Translations under genes and position numbers: made by a program
Shown: positions 55,675 through 64,000 of the stretch, piece by piece
Layout of the letters: the number at the start of each line of letters is the position of its first letter
Numbering within the stretch: the first letter of the stretch is position 1
The notes under the pieces: model-generated
What the model was told of the DNA's origin: nothing
The model's input: only the letters and a program-made list of their open reading frames with translations
Databases searched by the model: none
Assembly (NCBI GenBank): GCA_963555825.3
Contig: CAUVXB020000002.1
Span: 1,216,001 to 1,280,000, forward strand
Source: Alphaproteobacteria bacterium
Lineage (GTDB): Bacteria > Pseudomonadota > Alphaproteobacteria > JAAXGF01
Direction of reading: 5' to 3'
Length of the DNA stretch: 64,000 nucleotides

Positions 55675-56376
55675 ATGACGACCGACGCCGCCGGCCGTTG
55701 GGATACGGTTCCCGCGAACAAGCGCGACCGCATCGACCCGCGCGGCCTGTGGCGCGACCTGCGCATTGTGCCGCCGACGGGAGCGCCGCGGCCCGCGCTG
55801 TTCCTCGACCGCGACGGCACGATCATCGAAGAGGTCGATTACATTTCCAGGCCCGAGGACGTGCGCGCGATTGCCGCCGCGCTCGACCTGATCGCGGGCG
55901 CCAACGCGCGCGGCATCCCGGTCGTCGTGGTGACCAACCAGGGCGGCATCGGCCGGGGGCTTCTCGATTGGGCCGACTATGTCGCGGTCGACGACGCCAT
56001 GAGCGCCGCGCTCGCCGCCGCGGGAGCGTTCGTCGACGCGGTCTATGCCAACCCGCACGCGCCGCCGGCGCAAGGCGCGCCGTCGCCGTTCGGCCGCAAG
56101 CCCGATCCGGGCATGCTGACGGCGGCGGCCGAGGACCTCGGCCTCGATCTGACGCGCAGCTGGATAGCCGGCGACCACGCCACCGACCTCGCCGCCGGGC
56201 GCAACGCGGGGCTGGCGCTCGGCTGGCTGGTGCCGACCGGCTACGGTGTGCGCCACGGGCCGGACGCCGCGGCGCTCGCGGCGCCCGATTTCGAGGTCGT
56301 CGTCGGCCGCGACCTCGGCGCGCTTTCCGCCCGCCTCGAAGCGCTGTCGACAAGCGACGCCGAGACGCTGTATTGA
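55675..56376 (+). CDS. gmhB: D,D-heptose 1,7-bisphosphate phosphatase-like HAD phosphatase
   Basis: LFLDRDGT, VTNQGGI, RKPDPGM, GD. Confidence 0.82.
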   Translation: MTTDAAGRWDTVPANKRDRIDPRGLWRDLRIVPPTGAPRPALFLDRDGTIIEEVDYISRPEDVRAIAAALDLIAGANARGIPVVVVTNQGGIGRGLLDWADYVAVDDAMSAALAAAGAFVDAVYANPHAPPAQGAPSPFGRKPDPGMLTAAAEDLGLDLTRSWIAGDHATDLAAGRNAGLALGWLVPTGYGVRHGPDAAALAAPDFEVVVGRDLGALSARLEALSTSDAETLY

Positions 56377-56411
56377 TCCTTGGTATAAGGCCCGACCCTT
56401 GAGGAGCGGTG

Positions 56412-56990
56412 ATGGCGAACGACGACATTCTGGCGCGCGAGTTCGAGGCGCAGGCGGCGACCGCCGCGGCGACGCTCGGGGCCGTGCGCGCGCCCTTCGC
56501 ACGGCTTGTCGATATCTCGGCCGCCTCGGTTCGCGACGGCGGCAAGCTGCTGTTCTTCGGCAATGGCGGCAGCGCGGCCGACGCACAGCACCTGGCGACC
56601 GAACTGACCGTGCGCTTCGTGCGCGAGCGCGCGCCGATCGCCGCCATCGCGCTGACCACCGACTCATCGACGCTGACCGCGATCGGCAACGACCTCGGCT
56701 TCGAGCGGCTGTTCGCGCGTCAGATCGAGGCGCTCGGGCGGCCCGGCGATGTCGCCATCGGCATCACCACCTCGGGCCGCTCAACCAACGTCACCCAGGC
56801 GCTTGCGCTGGCACGCGAGCGCGGCCTCACCGCCACAGCCTTCGCCGGCCGCGACGGCGGCGATCTGGTCGGCCTCGCCGATCCGCTGCTGATCGTGCCG
56901 TCACAAGACACGCAGCGCATTCAGGAAATGCACATCACCATCGGCCACGCGCTCTGCGCGGCGCTCGAGGAGACGCTCGGCCTGGTCTGA
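56412..56990 (+). CDS. gmhA: Sedoheptulose-7-phosphate isomerase
   Basis: GNGGSAADAQH, TAIGND, TTSGRS, RIQEMH. Confidence 0.93.
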   Translation: MANDDILAREFEAQAATAAATLGAVRAPFARLVDISAASVRDGGKLLFFGNGGSAADAQHLATELTVRFVRERAPIAAIALTTDSSTLTAIGNDLGFERLFARQIEALGRPGDVAIGITTSGRSTNVTQALALARERGLTATAFAGRDGGDLVGLADPLLIVPSQDTQRIQEMHITIGHALCAALEETLGLV

Positions 56991-57161
56991 CTCTTTGTGC
57001 GGTCACCTTCACTTCGTGAAGCTGACCTGCGCTCAAGCGCCGCGCATGCCAGTCTTATGGGATCAAGGGTGGCCGAACCGTCGGCGGCCCCCTCTTGTCC
57101 CAATAAGATTGGCGCGGGCTGGTAGATTTCGACCGATTCGGATCGATCGGATTACGCGCTA
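56988..57161 (-). repeat. Repeat family A, copy 5 (long form)
   Basis: Reverse complement closely matches copy 1 (aatctaccagcccgcgccaatcttattgggacaagaggggg...). Confidence 0.88.
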
Positions 57162-57767
57162 ACTCGGATCGCGTGGCACCGAGGCGACCATCGACGGGCG
57201 CTTGGCGAAATTCTCGTACCACGCCGCCAGGCCCGGATGGTCAATCCGCCAATCGTCGTCGGCGAAACGGAAATCGAGATAGCCGAGCATGCAGCCGACC
57301 GCGATGATGCTCATACTAACCGTGTCGCCATAACCACCGACTTCGCCTTCGAGCGCATCGAGCCCGGCGGCGATTTTGCCCTTCTGAAGGGCGACCCATT
57401 CGTCCCACTGGAATTCTTGCGGCCGGCGGCCCTCGCCCATCGCCAAGAGGGCGGCGTCGAGCATGCCGTCGGCCAACGCGACGCGGCAGAGCTCGCGCCA
57501 GCGCGCCCCGCCCGACGCCGGCATCAGCTTCGTCCCGCCGTGCAGGCTGTCGAGGTATTCGCAGATCACCGGTGAGTCGAATAGATTGACGCCGTCGTCG
57601 GTGACCAGCGCCGGCACCTTGCCGAGCGGATTGTCGTTCTCGAGCTTCGCGCCCGGGTCGCGTGGGTTGGTCGGCACCAGCTCGATGCGGTCGGCGAGCC
57701 CGGTCTCGGCGGCGGTGACGACGACCTTGCGGACGTAGGGCGAGGTGGGCGAATAGCGCAGCTTCAT
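57159..57767 (-). CDS. Glutathione S-transferase family protein
   Basis: SPTSPYVRKV, NPLGKVPAL, FDSPVICEYLD, LGYLDFR. Confidence 0.92.
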   Translation of the reverse strand: MKLRYSPTSPYVRKVVVTAAETGLADRIELVPTNPRDPGAKLENDNPLGKVPALVTDDGVNLFDSPVICEYLDSLHGGTKLMPASGGARWRELCRVALADGMLDAALLAMGEGRRPQEFQWDEWVALQKGKIAAGLDALEGEVGGYGDTVSMSIIAVGCMLGYLDFRFADDDWRIDHPGLAAWYENFAKRPSMVASVPRDPS

Positions 57768-57877
57768 GTCGGGCATTCCGGGGCGTTGTGGCAGCAGGTT
57801 TGGCGGAACGTGGGAGCATATCACCGGGTCGTTCGGCCGTCACCGGCGCGTGTCGGCTGTGCTAAGCTCGCCGGGTC

Positions 57878-58696
57878 ATGTGGCAAGACGTCGTCGATCT
57901 CAACGCGTTCTACAACAGCCGGCCGGGCCACGTCGCCCAGCGGATGATCCGTCGGCGCGTGCGCGGGATATGGCCGGATCTGCACGGCCTCACGGTGCTC
58001 GGCCTCGGTTACGCGACGCCCTATCTGCGCCCGTTCCGTGACGAGGCCGAGCGCGTCGTCGCGGTGATGCCGGCATCGCAAGGCGTGATGCCCTGGCCGC
58101 GCAACGAGCGCCGCCTGGTCGGCCTCGCCGACGAGGCCGAGCTGCCGCTGGCCGACGACTCGATCGACCGCGCCCTGTTGGTCCACGCGGTCGAGTGCAG
58201 CGAACAGCTCCGCCCGATGCTGCGCGAGGTCTGGCGCGTCCTCAAGAGCGGCGGCCGCCTGCTCGTCGTTGCGCCCAACCGGCGCGGCATCTGGGCGCGG
58301 CTCGAGCGCACGCCGTTCGGCCGCGGTTATTCGTTCTCGACGGCGCAGCTCACCCAGTTGATGCGCGAATGCATGTTCTCGCCGCTCAATTCGACGACGG
58401 CGCTATACGTCCCGCCGAGTTCGTCGGGTCTGATGCTGCGCCTGGCGGGCGCCTGGGAAGGCCTCGGCGAACGCTGGTCGCTGCCGTTCGCCGGCGTCGT
58501 GCTGGTCGAGGCCGGCAAGCAGGTCTATGCCGCCAAGACCGAGCGCGCGGCGAAGGCTGCCAGGGCGTATCGCGCCTTCATCGGCGGCCCCCAGCCGGCC
58601 CATCGGCGGCCGCTCGGCGCGGCGCCGCTGGCGGCCGAGCCGCCGCCCGGGCGTCACACGCCATGCACCGCCGGCGCCTGTCCCATGCGCGCCTGA
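57878..58696 (+). CDS. Methyltransferase type 11 domain protein
   Basis: LGLGYATPYL, LPLADDSIDR, REVWRVLKSGGR, PNRRGIWAR. Confidence 0.88.
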   Translation: MWQDVVDLNAFYNSRPGHVAQRMIRRRVRGIWPDLHGLTVLGLGYATPYLRPFRDEAERVVAVMPASQGVMPWPRNERRLVGLADEAELPLADDSIDRALLVHAVECSEQLRPMLREVWRVLKSGGRLLVVAPNRRGIWARLERTPFGRGYSFSTAQLTQLMRECMFSPLNSTTALYVPPSSSGLMLRLAGAWEGLGERWSLPFAGVVLVEAGKQVYAAKTERAAKAARAYRAFIGGPQPAHRRPLGAAPLAAEPPPGRHTPCTAGACPMRA

Positions 58697-58711
58697 TTAC
58701 CGTCGCTCCAT

Positions 58712-58819
58712 AATGGTGTCAGACACCATTTCGCCGTCTTGTCGCGCGCCGTTTGCGCGATTTCCGACGTCTCACGCAAGCAATTGCGGAATCGGGAGGA
58801 TAAAGGTGTCTGACACTAT
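58712..58819. repeat. Palindrome pair, family C
   Basis: aatggtgtcagacaccatt at 58712-58730 and aaaggtgtctgacactat at 58802-58819. Confidence 0.75.
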
Positions 58820-58843
58820 CACAATAGATTGATAAATAAATTA

Positions 58844-59800
58844 TTATCCGATGGCCGAGTCGCGCAGGCGGGGCGCCGCGACGTCCTTGCCCGTGTCCTC
58901 GATACGGAGGGGCGCGCGCTGGTACATCATGTTGACCCAGTTGCCGTACAACAGGTGGCCGTGGCCGCGCCAGCGGTTGAGCGGCGGCTGCGCCGGGTCG
59001 TCGTTCGGGAAGTAGTCGGCCGGCACTTGGATGTCGCGGCCGGCCTCGACGTCGCGCCGATATTCGTTGCGCAAGGTATCGGTGTCGTATTCGAGGTGGT
59101 TGAACATATGCACCTGGTTGAGCGCGCGGTCCTCGATCAGGCACAACCCCGCGACATCCGAGCAGGCGACGATGTCGAGGTTCTCGACCTTCTCGATGTC
59201 CTCGCGGTGGGTTTCGGTGTAGCGCGAGACGGGCACCAAGAAGCGATCGGGAAAGCCGCGCATGATCGCCGAGCCCGGCGTCGCGATGCGGTGTTCGAAG
59301 ACGCCGAAGATCTTGCGCTCGAGCTGGTATTTGGGGATGCCGTAGTGGTGGTAGAGCGCCGCCTGCCCGGCCCAGCAGATGTTGTAGCAGGTCGTGACGT
59401 TGGTCCGCGCCCAATCGAAGATGCCAGCGAGTTCCGGCCAATAATCGACCTCTTCGAAGGGCATTTCCTCGACCGGCGCGCCGGTGATGATGAGGCCGTC
59501 GAATTTGTCATCGGCGACCGTTTCCCACGTCTGATAGAATTTCAGCATATGGTCAGCCGCGGCCGTCTTCGCCTGATACGATCCGGTCGTCAGCAACGTC
59601 AATTCGACCTGTAGCGGCGTGGCACCGATGACCCGCGCGAGCTGGGTCTCGGTCTTGATCTTTTCGGGCATCAAGTTGAGAACGGCGATTTGCAAAGGCC
59701 GGATGTCCTGGCGGATCGCATGATGTTCGTCGATCACCACCACACCCTCGTCCTCGAGGATGCGGCGGGCCGGCAGATTGTCGGGGATTTTTATTGGCAT
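58844..59800 (-). CDS. metA: MetA-family homoserine O-acyltransferase (likely acetyl-CoA type)
   Basis: MPIKIPDNLPA, LNLMPEK..TETQ, ITGAPVE (Glu at the specificity position), ICWAGQ, HLEYD. Confidence 0.93.
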   Translation of the reverse strand: MPIKIPDNLPARRILEDEGVVVIDEHHAIRQDIRPLQIAVLNLMPEKIKTETQLARVIGATPLQVELTLLTTGSYQAKTAAADHMLKFYQTWETVADDKFDGLIITGAPVEEMPFEEVDYWPELAGIFDWARTNVTTCYNICWAGQAALYHHYGIPKYQLERKIFGVFEHRIATPGSAIMRGFPDRFLVPVSRYTETHREDIEKVENLDIVACSDVAGLCLIEDRALNQVHMFNHLEYDTDTLRNEYRRDVEAGRDIQVPADYFPNDDPAQPPLNRWRGHGHLLYGNWVNMMYQRAPLRIEDTGKDVAAPRLRDSAIG

Positions 59801-60036
59801 TACGCGAAGATCCGTTTTCGAATGCGCTTGGCTACGTCCATACAGTTTAGGGCGCAGCCTCGCACCAAGCCAGTCATCATACCATCGGAACCGCCGGTCG
59901 TCGTACACCGCGACGCCACCGGATCGTGGCTGAACTGCTAGGTTGCGGGCGCGGCGGGTGTCAACGTTTTCTTTGATTTTCGCACCACCCGAAGCTATGA
60001 CTATCGGCCTTCTGAACCCCCGGCGTGTTGGACCCC

Positions 60037-60909
60037 ATGACGTCCCCTGCGGAATCGCTCGAATCGTTGCGGCGCGAGATCGACGCCATCGACGACCAAA
60101 TGCACGATCTCTTGATGCGGCGCGTCGAGATCGTCGGGCAGGTCGCATCGGTCAAGAACCGCGATGCGTCACCGGTCTTCATCCGGCCCGAACGCGAGGC
60201 GCTGATCCTGCGGCGCCTCGCGGCCCGCCACGGCGGTCAACTGCCGACCAAGGTCGTGGTTCGCGTGTGGCGCGAAATCCTCGCCGCCACCGCCGGCATG
60301 CAGAGCCCGCTCACCGTCGCGGTCTACGCACCCGACGACGCGGTCGGCTACTGGGATCTGGCGCGCGACCACTATGGCTCGGGAACCCGGATGGGCCTGC
60401 ACGGCGCGGCCAACGCCGTGGTGCGCGCGGTCGTCGACGGCAGCGCGACGGTCGGCGTCGTGCCGCTGCCCCAGGACGGCGAGGCGGAGCCCTGGTGGCC
60501 GCTGTTTGTCAGCGCCGGAGAGAACGCACCGTCGGTCGTCACCCGCCTGCCGTTCGTCGCAAATAACACGCGGTCGGCCGAGCCCGAGGGCGCGCTGGCG
60601 ATCGCCCGCATGACCCAGCAGCCGACCGGCGACGACGTCTCGATGATCGTCGTCGAGGCCGACGCCGAGGTCAGCCGCGACCGACTCAACGAGGCCTTGA
60701 TGGCGGCTGGTCTGTCGGCCAGCGTCGTCGCCGTGTGGCGCGATGCGGGCAATGGCGAGACGCGGCTGCACCTCGTCCAGGCCGGCGATTTCCTGACGCC
60801 CGCCGACGCCCGGCTCGCGGCGCTCGGCGCGGCGCTCGCCAAGCGCATCCTGCGCATCGTGCCGCTCGGCGGCTATGCGACGCCGCTCGGCCAGATCGAC
60901 GGCGCCTGA
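60037..60909 (+). CDS. Chorismate mutase with C-terminal extension
   Basis: LESLRREIDAIDDQMHDLLMRR, RPERE; first gene of the CM-hisC-tyrC operon. Confidence 0.85.
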   Translation: MTSPAESLESLRREIDAIDDQMHDLLMRRVEIVGQVASVKNRDASPVFIRPEREALILRRLAARHGGQLPTKVVVRVWREILAATAGMQSPLTVAVYAPDDAVGYWDLARDHYGSGTRMGLHGAANAVVRAVVDGSATVGVVPLPQDGEAEPWWPLFVSAGENAPSVVTRLPFVANNTRSAEPEGALAIARMTQQPTGDDVSMIVVEADAEVSRDRLNEALMAAGLSASVVAVWRDAGNGETRLHLVQAGDFLTPADARLAALGAALAKRILRIVPLGGYATPLGQIDGA

Positions 60910-60910
60910 C

Positions 60911-62002
60911 ATGACGGGCCCGCGCCCACAACCGGGCATCCTCGACATCACCGCTTATGTCGGCGGCCGTTCCACGGCCGGCCAACCGGGCGGTCGGGTG
61001 ATCAAGCTGTCGTCGAACGAATCGCCGCTCGGGCCGAGCCGACACGCCATCGAAGCCTACCGGGCGGTCGCCGACGAACTGCACCGCTACCCCGACGGCG
61101 CCGCGCACGACCTGCGCGCCGCGCTCGCCGAACGCTACGGTCTCGACGCCGAACGCATCGTCTGCGGCAACGGCTCCGACGAGCTGATCACCATGCTGAC
61201 GCGCGCCTATATCGGCCCCGGCGACGAGGCGCTGTACAGCGAATACGGCTTCCTGATGTACCCGATCGCGGTGATGTCCGCCGGCGCGACGCCGGTCGCC
61301 GTACCCGAAGCGGGCCTCAGGGCCGACGTCGACGCGTTACTGGCCCATGTGACGCCGGCGACGCGCATCGTTTTCCTGGCCAACCCGAACAACCCGACAG
61401 GGAGCTACGTCTCGGCGGAAGAGCTGCGCCGGCTGCGCGACGGCCTGCCCGGAGAGGTCTTGCTGGTCATCGATTCGGCCTATGCCGAATATGTCGGCGC
61501 CAACGACTATTCGGCCGGCGCCGAGCTCGTCGAGGACGCCGGCAACGTCGTCATGACGCGCACCTTTTCCAAGATCTACGGGCTCGCCGCGCTGCGCCTC
61601 GGCTGGGCCTACTGCCCGACCGACGTAGCCGGCGTGCTCAACCGCGTCCGCGGCCCGTTCAACGTCACCGCCCCGGCACTCGCCGCCGGGCTCGCGGCGC
61701 TCGCCGACGCGGCGCATGTCGACGCCGCGCGGCGTCACAACGACAAATGGCTGCGCTGGTTCACCACCGAGGTCGAGGGCCTCGGCCTCACGGTCCACCC
61801 GAGCGTCGGCAACTTCGTGCTGGTGTGCTTTTCGCCCGGCAAGGGACGCAGCGCCGAGGCAGCCAACGACTTCCTCATGGCGCGCGGCATCATCCCGCGC
61901 CAGATGGCGGCCTATCACCTGCCCGATTGTCTGCGCATTACCATCGGACTGGCAGACGAGATGCCAGCGGTCGTCGCAGCACTCGCCGAATTCATGAATT
62001 AG
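60911..62002 (+). CDS. hisC: Histidinol-phosphate aminotransferase
   Basis: KLSSNESPLG, YPD, GNGSDE, NPNNPTG, RTFSKIYGLAALRLG. Confidence 0.95.
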   Translation: MTGPRPQPGILDITAYVGGRSTAGQPGGRVIKLSSNESPLGPSRHAIEAYRAVADELHRYPDGAAHDLRAALAERYGLDAERIVCGNGSDELITMLTRAYIGPGDEALYSEYGFLMYPIAVMSAGATPVAVPEAGLRADVDALLAHVTPATRIVFLANPNNPTGSYVSAEELRRLRDGLPGEVLLVIDSAYAEYVGANDYSAGAELVEDAGNVVMTRTFSKIYGLAALRLGWAYCPTDVAGVLNRVRGPFNVTAPALAAGLAALADAAHVDAARRHNDKWLRWFTTEVEGLGLTVHPSVGNFVLVCFSPGKGRSAEAANDFLMARGIIPRQMAAYHLPDCLRITIGLADEMPAVVAALAEFMN

Positions 62003-62014
62003 CCGGCCAAAGCC

Positions 62015-62938
62015 ATGACTGATACACCCTTGTTCGAGCGCATCGCCCTGATCGGCATCGGCCTGATCGGCTCATCGATCGCCCGTGTCGTGAAACGCGA
62101 CGGCCTCGCCGGCCATCTCGTTGTCTGCACGCGCTCGGACCAGACGCTGGCCACGGCGCGCGCGCTGGACCTCGGCGACAGCTACACGACAGACGCCGCC
62201 GCCGCGGTCGCCGACGCCGACCTGGTGGTCATCGCCGCGCCGCTCGGCGCCTATGCCGGGATCGCCAAGGCGATTGGGCCGGTGCTGCGCGCCGGCGCCA
62301 TCGTCACCGACGTCGGCTCGACCAAGTGCTCGGCGATCCGCGACATCCAGCCGCATCTGGCCGCGGGCGTCCATCTGGTGCCCGGCCATCCGGTGGCAGG
62401 CACCGAGCATTCCGGTCCCGAGGCCGGCTTCGACACGCTGTTCGAGGGCCGCTATTGCATTCTGACGCCGCCGCCGGGCGCCGACGAGGCGGCGGTCGAG
62501 CGCGTCGCCGCGCTGTGGCGGCGGGCCGGCAGCATGGTCGACCGCATGGACCCCGAGCACCACGACCAGGTGCTCGCCATCACTTCGCATCTGCCGCATC
62601 TGATCGCCTACACCATCGTCGGCACGGCGACCGAGCTCGAGGATCATCTCCAGCGGGAGGTCGTCAAATACTCGGCCAGCGGCTTCCGCGACTTCACGCG
62701 CATCGCCGCCTCGGACCCGGTGATGTGGCGCGACGTGTTCCTCAAGAACCGCGACGCGGTGCTCGAGGTCCTGGCGCGCTTCAGCGAGGACCTGATGGCG
62801 CTGCAGCGCGCCATCCGGCGCGGCCAGGGCGACGTGCTCGAGGACCATTTCACGCGCACCCGCGCGATTCGCCGCGACGTCATCGAGCTGCATCAGGCCG
62901 GCACCTTCAAGGCGACCGAGCTCGAAGACGACGACTGA
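62015..62938 (+). CDS. tyrC: Prephenate/arogenate (cyclohexadienyl) dehydrogenase
   Basis: GIGLIGSS, TDVGSTK, HPVAGTE, HDQVLAITSHLPH, GFRDFTRIA. Confidence 0.92.
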   Translation: MTDTPLFERIALIGIGLIGSSIARVVKRDGLAGHLVVCTRSDQTLATARALDLGDSYTTDAAAAVADADLVVIAAPLGAYAGIAKAIGPVLRAGAIVTDVGSTKCSAIRDIQPHLAAGVHLVPGHPVAGTEHSGPEAGFDTLFEGRYCILTPPPGADEAAVERVAALWRRAGSMVDRMDPEHHDQVLAITSHLPHLIAYTIVGTATELEDHLQREVVKYSASGFRDFTRIAASDPVMWRDVFLKNRDAVLEVLARFSEDLMALQRAIRRGQGDVLEDHFTRTRAIRRDVIELHQAGTFKATELEDDD

Positions 62939-62950
62939 CGCGACCGCTCA

Positions 62951-63131
62951 CTACAGCATCAACCGATCGATAACAATCGATCGGTTGATGCCAGCCCGCG
63001 TCGATCTTATTGGGACAAGCGGGCGGGCCGCCGACCGTTCTGCCAGCTTTGATTCCATAAGATTGGCATGCGCGGCGATTGAGCTCAGGTCAGCTTTACG
63101 CGAGTCAAAGATGGCCGCACAAAAAACGCTA
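62951..63131 (+). repeat. Repeat family A, copy 6 (long form)
   Basis: gcatcaaccgatcgat/atcgatcggttgatgc hairpin, cttattgggacaag, gcatgcgcggcgattgag, terminal cgcta. Confidence 0.88.
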
Positions 63132-64000
63132 TCTGGAGACCACCGGCGCGAGGCGGGCGATTGCGATGGGGCCGACCATCAAGACGCCGTTCTGTGCGCT
63201 TACCGGCACGGTCAGCACGCGCCGCCCTTCGGCGTCGGCCGGCGCGATCAGGTTAAGCGCCATGGTCGCGAACGAGGCGTCGCGTTGCTTGACCATGCCG
63301 GCCGCGGCGAGCGCCTCGAGTGCCGCGCCATAGCCGACGATGCGGGCGGTCAACGCGGCGAGCGGGCGCAGCGCGTCATCGAGCGTCAGCGTGCCGTCGG
63401 CCGAAACCGAGAGCGGCCCCCAATCGATCTCCAGCCGGGTCACGTCGATCGCGCCGCCCGCCACGCGCCAGGCGTCGAGCCCGGCGGCGTCCGGCGTCCG
63501 GGGCAGCGGTCCGCTCGCCACCGCCTCGGCAACGAGCCGCGCATGTCGCGCCCGAGCCCCGCGCCCGCGCCTGGCGGCAGCGTGACGTCGTCGAGCGCCA
63601 GCGTGACCAGCGCCGCATCGTCGGCGCCCCGGCGGCCGCGCGCCGTGACACGGCCGACACTGCCTGCGCCGGGCGGCGCCTCGAACGCGACCCCATGCGC
63701 CTCGACATCGAGGCGATCGAGCGCGCCGCCCGAGAACACCACGTTTGCTTCTCCGCCGGCCATGCGCAGGGTGAGCAACCAGACGCGGCCCTCGGTGTCG
63801 AGCCGGCTGAAGCGCTGCTCGGCGGGCAGCACGATACGCGCACGGTCGAAGGCCCAGGGGCGCAGCGCGATGTCGAGCCGGTCGGGCATCCAGACCCAGG
63901 GCTCGGGATCGTCGAGACGGACCAGTGTCGGCGCCGGAAAATGCACTTCGAGAGCGAAGGGAAAACCGGTGATGTCCTGTTCGATAATACCGACCGTGAA
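63129..64000 (-). pseudogene. DUF2125-like protein split by a 1-bp frameshift (5' end outside the window)
   Basis: ITGFPF..LRPW in one frame, WRVAGGAIDV..WGPL..GTLTLD..RP in another; frame changes near 63542. Confidence 0.65.

Overview
High-GC core chromosomal region of an alphaproteobacterium, Rhodospirillales-like by gene order (inference). It carries dsbD/algH, thrC, an arsR-arsI pair, an ECF sigma module interrupted by an intact IS630, moeB-dut-coaBC-ubiB-ubiE / mutM, rpsT-rhodanese-dnaA-dnaN-recF-gyrB, a PBP1A-family gene, partial cobalamin genes, a PHA locus (phaB-phaA-phaC-like-phaE-like / phaR), ggt, a macrodomain-nudF pair, gmd-fcl-gmhB-gmhA, metA and chorismate mutase-hisC-tyrC. No rRNA, tRNA or CRISPR array was recognised. 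The most striking signal is UbiE fused to an N-terminal XRE/Cro-CI helix-turn-helix. An 18-bp AT-rich palindromic site overlaps the fusion gene's predicted -10, and an exact inverted copy sits about 2.2 kb away inside the ubiB coding sequence. This suggests a self-regulating ubiquinone-biosynthesis enzyme-repressor with two operators (inference). Also notable: three families of structured intergenic repeats, a PhaR-type box in front of coaBC, a 197-nt overlap between the phaE-like and phaC-like genes, and a Met/Cys-rich leader ORF coupled to metA. All product calls come from motif recognition by eye; no database searches were run.
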